Shown: positions 22,640-33,700 of the stretch, in pieces
Layout of the letters: each line of letters starts with the position of its first letter
Numbering within the stretch: position 1 is the first letter of the stretch
The notes under the pieces: model-generated
Database searches by the model: none
Seen by the model: only the letters and a program-made list of their open reading frames with translations
Told to the model about the DNA's origin: nothing
Source of the DNA: Octopus bimaculoides
Lineage: Eukaryota
Reading direction: 5' to 3'
Length of the DNA: 47,961 bases
Assembly (NCBI RefSeq): GCF_001194135.2
Contig: NC_068990.1
Span: 89,288,725 to 89,336,685, forward strand
Program-made: the position numbers and the translations under genes

Positions 22640-23000
22640 CCTGTACCAACGTTATCTTCTCTCACGTACACATCTGATTCCGCTTATATCCAAATTTTCC
22701 CTGAACCCATTTGTAATCCATTGTCCATGCACACTAAAATTTCACATCTAGTGAAGCATATTAGCCTCACTTCTTTCTCGTCTTCAAATCCTCTGCATTT
22801 AAGATCCATGCCTCACTTACCATGTAGCATTACACTTTGCACATAAACATCATGCAATCTGTCTTTAACTTGGAGAGAGAAGCTCTTTATTACCAGCAAA
22901 GATAATAGCTCCTTGAACTTTTTCCAACCTGTTCTTAGTCTGGCTTCTATGCTTTGAGAGTGCACATCCCTACTGGTTACCTACACAACAAAATCCTCAG
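22640..23000 (-). mobile_element. Decayed RTE LINE 3' fragment
   Basis: Reverse complement gccagactaagaacaggttggaaaaagttcaaggagctattatc matches 2610..2645 (RIRTGWRKF.ELL); continues into the GRLHD motif. Boundaries approximate. Confidence 0.6.
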
Positions 23001-25010
23001 ACTGGTTTCAGTTGCTGGCTTGAAGCCATACTGACTTATTCTATCACTCATTTATTCAATGATTACTCTTGACATGACATCCTTCAGTAGTTTCCGTCTT
23101 TCCCTGTTCCTGTTTTGAAGTATCAATCTACCCCAAACTGCATTAGACCACATATCCTTGGTGCTCTGCGGTAGGATTAAATACAGCACCAGATGAAATG
23201 CTTAGTTACATTTATTTAATTACTTTATCATTTTGTACTAATAAAGGGTAAAACTTGTCATGGTTTTATTGCAAAGGCCAATCAACGTGTGCATGTACAC
23301 ATACACGCATATCATCTTCATGAGTCAAATGAAATTTGTTAAGACAGATTTTTTTTTTTTCTATGGTCAGAAACTCATCTTGTTGCCAACCCTCCCTCAT
23401 TTTCAAGCACATTTTGCTTTAGTCTGGACATGTTTACAATTAGTGCATAATCAAGACAAGAAAAGGCATGCATGTATCTCCTCCCCCCCTACCTATCAAC
23501 ATACCTAGTTTTCAGTAATGCAACAGTGAATATAATTATGATGAATGTGGAAAGTATTATGGTTAAACAAAGCTCCTTGTAAGCCTGAAAACATGGCCTG
23601 GCTTTAGTTTCTGATAAAAGTTTTTATTCCCTTCAGCTTTGCTGTTGTCCTTGGAGGAAAGGCATGAATGTTATCCTCCCCCATTATCTATGAGTTCTTC
23701 TACCTATGCTAAGTACCATGTTGGTAGAACCCTTACAACACTGAACTAAAAAATGTTACCCCTGTTATGTTCTGACTTAAAAATCACACCAGGTAGTTGA
23801 TAAATACACTTATGGTCAGTTCAAAGAATCATTCCTTCTGCAAAAAGAATATGTTCTGTGCTTAGTCCAAAGAAATCAATATTAGTTTATGCATGGTTTC
23901 TCTTCTAAATTTCCATTTGCTCATTCTTCCCTCATCTACCATTTTTCCTAATTCCACTTGTTTTATTCCTTAATCTATCAAGAAACAGTCCGATAAAAGA
24001 GCTTAGAAATATTCTTGATCTCTGTTCGTTTTGTTGTTGTTTTGCTCTCCAGATTTTGTGTGCTTTCCTCAGCTTAAGTTTGCTACAGATAAAATGTAAA
24101 ACGTGGATTTCTGTGCGTCTCTGTTGTGGCCGTGCCAAACAAATAAGATATAATTAGCCAGCTACTCTTCCACAACACAATTGCATTTCTAGAGTAGGTT
24201 TTTAATTTTTTTTCTTTTCTTTTCTTGTTATTTTTTTAATACTTTTCCTTGTCTTGTCACTGCAAACACAATCAGAAAGGAGGTGGGGGAAAAACAGGAG
24301 TGGGGTGAAAGAGGGAGGAGAATGAAAAAACGAAAAGAAGACAGAAAAAAAAAATATATATTTCAGACTAGATTTTGTGTAGGCTGGTCCAGAATAAACT
24401 CCCCAGTTGCTTGCTGAAAGAAAGAAAGGATGTTACTGTCATTGGCTGAGTTACACCATTATATATATATCCTTGCTACTTGACAAACTCTGTCTTCTCC
24501 TCAAGCAAGCAGCAATGGTTAATGTTACTTTGGGTTCTCTTTATCTTGCTCTCCTCTCACTCTTCTTTCTTTGTTTGATATTTTGTTCCACTCTTTCTAC
24601 AGTAACTGGCTGCATATTTGTTGTTGTTGCTGATTGTTAGGATTTATTTTAGTTTTTCCTAACACTAATCTGTTTGTCCTTGCTTTGCTGCCGACATTTC
24701 TTGTCCTTTAGCCTGCAGGTGATTGAGTTGTTTGTTGTTATTTATTATTTTATTATTATTTCTTTACTTAAACTTTCATCTTGGAGGAGGAAATATCTAC
24801 AGTTCACTGAAGAAAGAAAAGTGTACTTTTGTATCTGTACACCCTACATGGTGCTATTTAGTATGCCACCGTCACCCATTTCTCTCTTTTTTTGCTTAAT
24901 TGTATCATTTGAATGAGTTATTTTAAAATTTATTTATTATGCTGTCTGTGGATCATTGATGAATTCTCTTTCAAAGCCAAGTGGAGAAGACATAATGAAT
25001 TTATTTTGGT

Positions 25011-25056
<46 letters not shown>

Positions 25057-25066
25057 NNNNNNNNNN
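25057..25066. other. Assembly gap inside a (CT)n microsatellite (about 25011..25091)
   Basis: 10 N bases flanked by CT repeats. Confidence 0.98.
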
Positions 25067-25125
25067 CTCTCTCTCTCTCTCTCTCTCTCTCTAACACACC
25101 CACCCAATGTCAATTCAATGATTAA

Positions 25126-25150
25126 TTTTTTTTCTTTTTTTTCTTTACAG
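25126..25150 (+). promoter_or_regulatory. 3' splice acceptor of the zinc-finger coding exon
   Basis: Long T/C tract ending ttctttacAG at 25149-25150; exon would start 25151, ATG at 25174 (aacATGg). Confidence 0.72.
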
Positions 25151-25173
25151 TTGAAACTCACATTGGACCAAAC

Positions 25174-27246
25174 ATGGAATTTAACGAAGAAGAAACTGTC
25201 AGTGTAAATACCAGGGACATTGACTTATCTCTTTTACGTAAGTCATTGCAAGCCAGGGGAAAAACAATTGATCAGCTGGTAAACTGCATATATTATGGCA
25301 CCACTGAAGTCCGACAATATATCCTTAATGAGTCGGATGTCATTATTGAATGTAAGGCATGCCGCAACCTTTTCCGAGCATTACCTAACTTCGTGGCTCA
25401 CAAGAGGATTTATTGTATGGATTCACACCTTAATGTCAATATACCATTACTACGTGATCCAGAAGAAGTAATCTCTGTGAATCCTGAGCCACCAGATGGT
25501 GAAGAAGGTGATGATTTTATTGAAACGTCTATTGGCCTGGCAAAGCAGAATTTGATGAATGGACGAGATATGTCCCTTGATGAAAATTACATGAGTTCAG
25601 AGAGCGATACTGTAAGGTCAGAGACTCAGTTCTACGAGAGAATTTGCAATCAGCTTGAAAAGCAAAAACCAGACCCCACTATTGGTGTTCGGTTCGAGCC
25701 AATTGAAGGAACTGATGTTGCTGTGAGAGTTGTGCCTCTCACTTCAGAATGTGATGCTAAGCTAGCTCAGGAAAACAATGTATCAAAACAGAAAGTCCGT
25801 ATACTAAGTCATCCGAATAAGGTACAATCTGGCTCCAAGGTTACTCTTAAAACGGATCTAAAAACAAAGAAAGATATTAAGTTAAAAGCGGATTTTCGAC
25901 AATTGCGCTGCTTGGAATGTAATCGGACAATGTCCTCTCGGCGTTATCTGGTGGAACACATTCTGAATTTACACAGCGACAAGCGGCGTTATTTCTCTTG
26001 TCCTTACTGCAAAGTTAAGTTCCGTTATTTTCACTGTGTTGTACGTCATCTTCGAAGAGTACACGAATGTAGCAAAGATGTGATAGACAACATGCGTGAA
26101 AATCTCAGGAACTCTAGCTGGATCGAGAACTCTCCCAACAAAGCAAATAACAAAGTGCAACCATTGCCCTCTACATCTTCACATTTTAAAGCTGAAGCTC
26201 CAAAGATTATTTCCCCAAAGAACAAAGAACATTCTGGTAAAGTTCAAAAACTGAAAGTGAAGTTATTTAGTCAAAAGAACACTCCTAGCAAGAGCAACCA
26301 TACAGAATTTTATCCTCCTCTTACTGTCGTCAAGCAAGAAGTTTTAAGTGAGGAAGAGTCTGCAAAGGATTCTGATTCAGAAATCAACACAGGTAAAGAT
26401 TTGGATGTGAAAGATATGACAGGAAAACACCGGCCTCCTACTTTAGCTCAGAGAAAGAAAATGGCCATGCTAATGGATAAGAAAAGCTTGACCTGTTTAC
26501 AGTGCAATCGAGGCTTTTCGAGAATGTCTGGTTTGGTGCGACATGTTGCGCACCATTTGGGCTGGAAACGATTCAAATGCAAGTTGTGTATGTACTCTGG
26601 CTATGACAGGTATGTTTGCAAATCGCATATTGAAAGAAACCATCTTGGTAAAGTTCCTGGTCTAACAAGGAAAGTAATGGATTACTACATTGTTGACCTT
26701 GAAGATGGTAAAATTGTTAATCCAGATGGTACTAAAAGTAAGAAGTTAGGTCTCAAACTTGGTGTAAATCCTACTAAAAAGTCTACTTTATCATCAGCAT
26801 CCACAGACATAAAACCAGTCACAGTATGCACAAGTCTGGGAAATAGCAGTGGGCTTTCCAGTGTGGCCACTGTCAGGCTTTCACCTCTTTCAAACGAACA
26901 ACTCCAGTTGAGTAAAGGTTGTGCTATATCCGCCGACAAGTCTGAGAAACCTCTGAAAGGTTCTGACTTGAAGAAGAAACTTCTCTCAATGGTTGACTAC
27001 AGAACTCTCAAGTGTCTCGAGTGTAATAGAACGTGGAACAAAAGATCACATTTACTGCGGCATGCTGCACACCACATTGGTTGGAAGCGGTTTAAATGCA
27101 AGTTATGTGTGTTCTCAGGTTATGATCGCTACATGTGTAAGTCTCATCTTAAACGATGCCATCTGGGCAAAATCCATGGACTCACAGTAAAGGTACTTGA
27201 CTACTATATAGTAGATATGATGGAAGAAGAAAACGACGAGGTTTAA
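25174..27246 (+). CDS. ZNF800: ZNF800-like C2H2 zinc-finger protein, 690 aa, uninterrupted coding exon
   Basis: Long ORF with normal protein composition. N-terminal IDQLVNCIYYGTTEVRQYILNESDVIIECKACRNLFRALPNFVAHKRIYC resembles the ZNF800 N-terminal block ([50 protein letters not shown], recalled), RFEPIEG resembles its KLEPIET. One C2HC finger (25351..25416) and three C2H2 pairs (25909..26064, 26473..26700 module, 26992..27219 module). CDS certain; orthology to ZNF800 is recognition, not a search result. The frame is also open from the acceptor (ETHIGPN-M), so an upstream coding exon is possible. Confidence 0.93.
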   Translation: MEFNEEETVSVNTRDIDLSLLRKSLQARGKTIDQLVNCIYYGTTEVRQYILNESDVIIECKACRNLFRALPNFVAHKRIYCMDSHLNVNIPLLRDPEEVISVNPEPPDGEEGDDFIETSIGLAKQNLMNGRDMSLDENYMSSESDTVRSETQFYERICNQLEKQKPDPTIGVRFEPIEGTDVAVRVVPLTSECDAKLAQENNVSKQKVRILSHPNKVQSGSKVTLKTDLKTKKDIKLKADFRQLRCLECNRTMSSRRYLVEHILNLHSDKRRYFSCPYCKVKFRYFHCVVRHLRRVHECSKDVIDNMRENLRNSSWIENSPNKANNKVQPLPSTSSHFKAEAPKIISPKNKEHSGKVQKLKVKLFSQKNTPSKSNHTEFYPPLTVVKQEVLSEEESAKDSDSEINTGKDLDVKDMTGKHRPPTLAQRKKMAMLMDKKSLTCLQCNRGFSRMSGLVRHVAHHLGWKRFKCKLCMYSGYDRYVCKSHIERNHLGKVPGLTRKVMDYYIVDLEDGKIVNPDGTKSKKLGLKLGVNPTKKSTLSSASTDIKPVTVCTSLGNSSGLSSVATVRLSPLSNEQLQLSKGCAISADKSEKPLKGSDLKKKLLSMVDYRTLKCLECNRTWNKRSHLLRHAAHHIGWKRFKCKLCVFSGYDRYMCKSHLKRCHLGKIHGLTVKVLDYYIVDMMEEENDEV

Positions 27247-28089
27247 GGAAAATATGAATTGCCACCATGATGGAAGGAAATACTCTGTATGGGAACAGCT
27301 GTGTGTGTGTATGTAAGCATGAGTATGTGTGTACACATTACACACACTCTTATTCGCCTACACTCACACACATTTCAAATGAATGGTAATTGTCAAATAG
27401 AATTTTATTAAATTCAAAATATACTGATGAAATGCATACACATTACTATATGTCTGTGTATCTGTGGTGTGCGTATTTGTATACATATATTTATGTATAT
27501 AGATATGTCTTTGTGTATTATGTATATATACATACATACACACATACATATGGGCGTGCATACATAAATGTAATATATTACATGTACTTGTTTGTGTACA
27601 ACACATACAGCAAAGTTATTTTTTGTGTGTATGTGTGTGTGAGATAATAATATTGATACCTTGTAGTATGTGAATTCTGTGCATATACATACATATGCAT
27701 GCACACACACACACACAGCTACATACAACATATACATGTAGTTGTGTATGTTCATTTTATTTAAATATAAACCATATATTTAAAAAAAAAGCAAAAAGAA
27801 CCATTGAAGTGTAAGAATACCATTCCTGCTCTCTCTCTCTCCAAGATCTGAACCCTCACCTACCCCCAGATAACTATTTTACGTTTGTCTCTTCCACATA
27901 ATGTCATGAGGAACGGTTCTTAATTGTTCCTTTGATAATATCACTGTCATTGATGTCTCATTAGAAAAGATGTTACACTTCAACCATTTTCTTTCATTTC
28001 TTTTTTTTTATTGTGTGTTGAATGTTTATTTTCATGTTTTAACATGAGTTTAAGAGTGTTTGTCATATTTCTGCCATGGACTTTCGGTT

Positions 28090-28124
<35 letters not shown>

Positions 28125-28299
28125 TACTTACTACATACTTACATATAGAGATAGATAGATACACACACACACGCATACACGATTAATCATAATGGAGATT
28201 TTTGTGAGAAGAGGGAATATCTGTTTACTTACATGACTTATATTAGCCACAATATCCTCTTATGGTGGCCAAATTTTTAATTTTTCATTGGCAGGTAGC

Positions 28300-28462
28300 A
28301 TGGATTTCAAATTTCCGCCAAGGTTGACTTTGCCTTTCATCCTTTTGGGGTCGATGAAATAAGTACCAGTTATGCACTGGGTCAATGTAATCAACTTAAC
28401 CCCCCTCTCTGAAAATTTCAGGCCTTGTGCCTATAATGGAAAGGATTATTATTATTAATAAT
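28300..28462 (+). mobile_element. SINE 3' portion (family with tcaaattccgccaaggtcgactttgcctttcatcc core) with (ATT)n tail
   Basis: Core also seen at about 7610, 33430, 39760 and 40540. Confidence 0.6.
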
Positions 28463-28753
28463 AGTAGCACATTGGACAAAATGCCTGGCAGTTTTACTTC
28501 AGTTATGTTCATTTAAGCTCTGAGCTAAATCTTGCCAGAGTCTGCTTTTACATTTCATCCACCTGTAATTAAAGTTCAGTCAACAAAATCTTGGGTTAGG
28601 GTTAACAATCATCATCACCATCATCATCACCATCAATCACCGTCACCACCACCATCATCATCACTTTATTTTTAAGGAAGTTCATTTGCAGATATATGGC
28701 AATACACACACACACACAAACACATGTAAATTTATAGTTTTATTTTTTCAATC

Positions 28754-28757
<4 letters not shown>

Positions 28758-28796
<39 letters not shown>
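28758..28796. repeat. Poly(T) tract, 39 nt
   Basis: Direct read. Confidence 0.95.
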
Positions 28797-28963
28797 CAAT
28801 TTAATTTTAAAAAGAAAATGGTACATTCTGAAGTATTTAAGTGTATTGTCCGAAATCATTTCCTGTTTAGTTGTAGAACTTAATATATTTTCACCCATCT
28901 TTCTTTTCTCTTGGTTGTGCTGAATCAAACTTTCTATTTGTTGTCATTTGTTGTAATTGGTGT

Positions 28964-29480
28964 TTCCAAATATGTTGTCAGTGGATAGAGCCATGGCAAC
29001 CATTTAAATAACTACAGTCAACATTTTCATTTATTTATTATTTTTTTTTTTCTTCCAAACGGGGACACATTAATCTTCCAAATATGGTGTTAATGGAGCT
29101 AGACACCACCAGCTTGAAAATGCAGCAAACATTCGCCTTCTGAGTTATTTCTTGGTAAACTTTTCCCTTCCAAATATGTTGTCGATGGAGCTATGACGAC
29201 CATTTGGTAACTGGAGTAAACCTTTCTCTTTCAAATAATTTACCAGTAAACATTTCCCTCTGGAAAATGTTGTCAATAGTTACATCCTCTTAATGGCTGC
29301 AGTAAACCAATATATAGTTTATAGACCATTAACAGCTAACTGGTTACTCTTCTAAACATTTCCTTTACAAATATGTGTTAGTGGATATACTGCAGCTAAC
29401 TGGTATCTTCAATAAATATCTCCTATTTAGAGATCTCAATGGCGCCTACTGCAAAGAATAGCTGCAATAAACATTTTCTC
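28964..29480. repeat. Degenerate tandem array around the motif ttccaaatatg(t/g)tgt
   Basis: ttccaaatatg recurs at 28964, 29076 and 29168, with weaker copies near 29230, 29260 and 29365, each linked to (c/t)gcagtaaacattt-like segments. Confidence 0.55.
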
Positions 29481-29604
29481 CGTAGATATTTTTAAAAATC
29501 TATGAAAAAAAAAAAAAGAGGGTATGTGGTGGGGGGAACAGAGATCTTTCAATTTATGTTTATATTTTTTAATACCCAAGTTTCTCTGTTTTATTATTAT
29601 AATT

Positions 29605-30574
29605 NNNNNNNNNNNNNNNNNNNNNNNNNNNNNNNNNNNNNNNNNNNNNNNNNNNNNNNNNNNNNNNNNNNNNNNNNNNNNNNNNNNNNNNNNNNNNNNN
29701 NNNNNNNNNNNNNNNNNNNNNNNNNNNNNNNNNNNNNNNNNNNNNNNNNNNNNNNNNNNNNNNNNNNNNNNNNNNNNNNNNNNNNNNNNNNNNNNNNNNN
29801 NNNNNNNNNNNNNNNNNNNNNNNNNNNNNNNNNNNNNNNNNNNNNNNNNNNNNNNNNNNNNNNNNNNNNNNNNNNNNNNNNNNNNNNNNNNNNNNNNNNN
29901 NNNNNNNNNNNNNNNNNNNNNNNNNNNNNNNNNNNNNNNNNNNNNNNNNNNNNNNNNNNNNNNNNNNNNNNNNNNNNNNNNNNNNNNNNNNNNNNNNNNN
30001 NNNNNNNNNNNNNNNNNNNNNNNNNNNNNNNNNNNNNNNNNNNNNNNNNNNNNNNNNNNNNNNNNNNNNNNNNNNNNNNNNNNNNNNNNNNNNNNNNNNN
30101 NNNNNNNNNNNNNNNNNNNNNNNNNNNNNNNNNNNNNNNNNNNNNNNNNNNNNNNNNNNNNNNNNNNNNNNNNNNNNNNNNNNNNNNNNNNNNNNNNNNN
30201 NNNNNNNNNNNNNNNNNNNNNNNNNNNNNNNNNNNNNNNNNNNNNNNNNNNNNNNNNNNNNNNNNNNNNNNNNNNNNNNNNNNNNNNNNNNNNNNNNNNN
30301 NNNNNNNNNNNNNNNNNNNNNNNNNNNNNNNNNNNNNNNNNNNNNNNNNNNNNNNNNNNNNNNNNNNNNNNNNNNNNNNNNNNNNNNNNNNNNNNNNNNN
30401 NNNNNNNNNNNNNNNNNNNNNNNNNNNNNNNNNNNNNNNNNNNNNNNNNNNNNNNNNNNNNNNNNNNNNNNNNNNNNNNNNNNNNNNNNNNNNNNNNNNN
30501 NNNNNNNNNNNNNNNNNNNNNNNNNNNNNNNNNNNNNNNNNNNNNNNNNNNNNNNNNNNNNNNNNNNNNNNNNA
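29605..30574. other. Assembly gap (about 970 N)
   Basis: N run; generates three spurious X-filled ORFs. Confidence 0.99.
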
Positions 30575-30804
30575 AAAGTAAGAACTTTATAAGAATCTTA
30601 TAGTCCCTGACCAAAAATCATAGTTGGCTGATCAAGAAAACTGTACAGTGAACGTGGTTGAGATTCTTTATTTTGGCTAGCTAACTGTAAATAGGTGCCA
30701 TTGTGCAGGTATCCCTCAAGATTCATCCATTTGACTTTTATTACTCAGGCTTTTACAAGTTTAAGGAGTACAAAAACCAAACAGATGATTCTTGAGGACT
30801 GCTT

Positions 30805-30839
<35 letters not shown>

Positions 30840-33569
30840 CACTCACTCATAAACATTATTGTATTTTTACACACAGAACTACTTGAGGCAAAAGTTGAAA
30901 GGACTAATCTCGAGAACTATCTGTATTGAAACAACTACTTGTAAGCAATATCATATTTAAAGAATGTTTCATTAGCTTACAAGGTTGGGTTCAAGTGCTA
31001 GTATAGTTCTAGAATGGTTTCCTCTGGGAAACCATTCCAGTGCTCTTCAGATCAGTCTTTCTATATATATAGTTTAATCAGTCATACCATTGTATCCAGA
31101 ACCTGGATCTGATTTTGGTTGTGTGTGATGACTAGTGTGTAGTACTCTGTACTTAACAGACAACCATCACTGTTTGAAACTATATGGTTCCTCTGTTGGT
31201 TAGAATTAGGGCTTGAGAATAAAAAGCTCAGCAGAATTTTTTCTGATAATCCAAAGGTGATGAGTTCACTCAAAACAGTTGTTTGTAGCTTATTAACTTT
31301 TTATCATGGGGACTCAATCCTCTTCTCACCAACTCCAACTGAAAATGAGAATCTTACTCCCCTTGTAGTCATGTGGATTAGGTTAGAAAGATTACTTTAT
31401 TATTTAAAATATATACTTTGTGTAAAGGTCTAAACTGACAAATCTAACATTGAAAAAGTTTTTAAAAAAATTAAACTGAAGAAAACAAAAAAGTTGCTGT
31501 AATATGTAAGAAATCTGTGTTCTTATTTACTTGTATGGAATGTATTAACTCATAAGTCCACACAACAGGCTGACAGCACTCAAACGTTTCTATATTCATT
31601 TTCATTGAAAATAGGTCCAAATCTGTGTCCCCCCCCCCTATATATATGTACATATATATGTATATATATATAGATATATATACATACATACATACACACA
31701 TATGCACATACACATGTATATAGGAGACAGCTTTTTTTATAAACACGTTGGATAAAAAAAAAACTCAGTTGTGCTCCAGTTTCCTTTTTTTATTAAAGAT
31801 TTTCATATTTTTTTCAACCTGTAAAGAATCTTTAATAAAATAAGGAAAAATCTAGAGCACAGTTAAGTTTAAATCTAACACAACACACATACAAGTGTTT
31901 GCATATGTATGTACATGTATAATATATATGTATACATACATACACACAATTTTTTAATTGTCCATTCCAATATGGGTGGGAGTTTTCTACTTATTTTCAC
32001 TTTTGTGCAAAAGTGGACATTTGCATACTTTTTGGAGCCATATTTACAGCTGGATGCCTTTGCTACTACTAACTGTATGTAACATTGTAGTGGGAAATAC
32101 TAGTATCCGTCAGGCAGCCTGAAGTAACAAAATGCTTGGAACTGTACTGTTAGGTTGGAGTTGTGACCATCTGGACAATATATTGGCACTCTAAACCCAA
32201 CTTCAACCGTGGTTCTTGTATTATACATTATCTCCCACCCAATATAACTCATTAACAGTAATAATGTTATGTGTCCCCCTCTTGTCTCTCTCTCTCTCTT
32301 TCTTTCCCCTCTCAACTAGCTCATTACCAGTGCTAGCATGCTCTATATTAGAAATTGTGAATGAAATGACCACAAGATTTTGTTGAGGTGTCCATTATGT
32401 CTAATGGGGTAGATGATCATGTGGCTAGAGTGTTGTGTTACACAAAGTTTCATATCCCCAAGTGTTGTGAGTCCTCTTCATTCTCAGGTGTTCCATTGTG
32501 TAATTGTTAGGCAAGGCAGTTAATTCTATGTGCCCCAATTCACCTGCCAACAGCTGGGGAAGAGTGGTATGAAATAACCATATTTTTTGACTGTTTTCAT
32601 TCAATAGATAGTTCCCCTGTTTAAAAGTAAGGTGGGTATTCATCTCTCATCCCATTAACATTACAGAGCCCAAAGATAAAGGGGTTTATTCTTTTTATGG
32701 AGGGAGGGGGGTACTTTGTGGTTTATGAAACCATTTTATCAACATATCACTGTGTAAAGGTTATAATAAAGTTCTTACACCAGCTGCAGTCCTATATTCA
32801 AAAGGACCAAATGCTGGTTGAATTAAAACAATGTCATATTGGATACCCTTTTGTGACCAAAATACCTAGATATATCCACCTGAAGAATATTTACATTGAA
32901 AATAATTTTATCTTGTCTGTATGTAACTTTCAAACATTTTCTACATTTGATCCAATTTATACTGTTTTTTTTTTTTTTTTAAATTTATGGATTACTTTTC
33001 ATTGTTTTTATTGTTTATATTTTATTTATTTTGAATGTTGAATAAAAAAAAAAAATTCATTGTTCCATTCCCCACTCCCACTCCAATTGTATCTTTGTTT
33101 CTGAAGATGGTGAGTTTGATGTAAACACTATTTAGTATCCAACTAAATACTTTCCAGTATTTAGTTTCGTCACTTTACGTGTTATTCAGCTTCTGCCAGT
33201 GTATGGCAGATATGTTTTAATAATTAAATAATGAATTTATTTATTTATTTATTTATTTATTATTTTTTTTTTTGCTATACTCTCCTACCTACCTCTAATA
33301 GTACTTCACCTAATGTCTGTATCAGAAGTAATAGTATTATTCATATTGGTAGAATTGGTAGAGAACTGAGCTAAATACCTTGCCATATTTAGTTACATTC
33401 CTTAAAATGCTGTGTTCTGTTTGTGTTGAGGTTGACTTTACCTTTCAGTAAAATTAGTACCAGTTACAAACTTGGGTCCAATTCATTCAACTATTTGTCT
33501 TCCTTACAAATTTTGTGGCTTTGAGCCAATGTTGGAATTTATTATTATTTTTTAAATTCAATTTATTTA

Positions 33570-33700
33570 TATATGGCTGAGAGGCTAAAAATTTTGCTTT
33601 GCAACCCCATGGTCCCAGGTCTGATCCTACTGCACAGCAATTTGGGCAAGTATCTTCAACTGTAGCCATGTGTGTCTTTATATCTGTGTAAGCCAGTGTC
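33570..33700 (-). mobile_element. SINE head fragment
   Basis: Reverse complement gives gttgaagatacttgcccaaattgctgtgcagtaggatcagacctgggaccatggggttgcaaagc, the minus-strand equivalent of the 19361 head. Confidence 0.5.

Noticed and set aside
29436-30614. Three ORFs of 359-392 aa
   Set aside because: Almost entirely N gap.
31115-31250. TGATGA ... CTGA pair suggesting a C/D box snoRNA
   Set aside because: Weak terminal stem, no recognisable rRNA/snRNA antisense element, motifs expected by chance.
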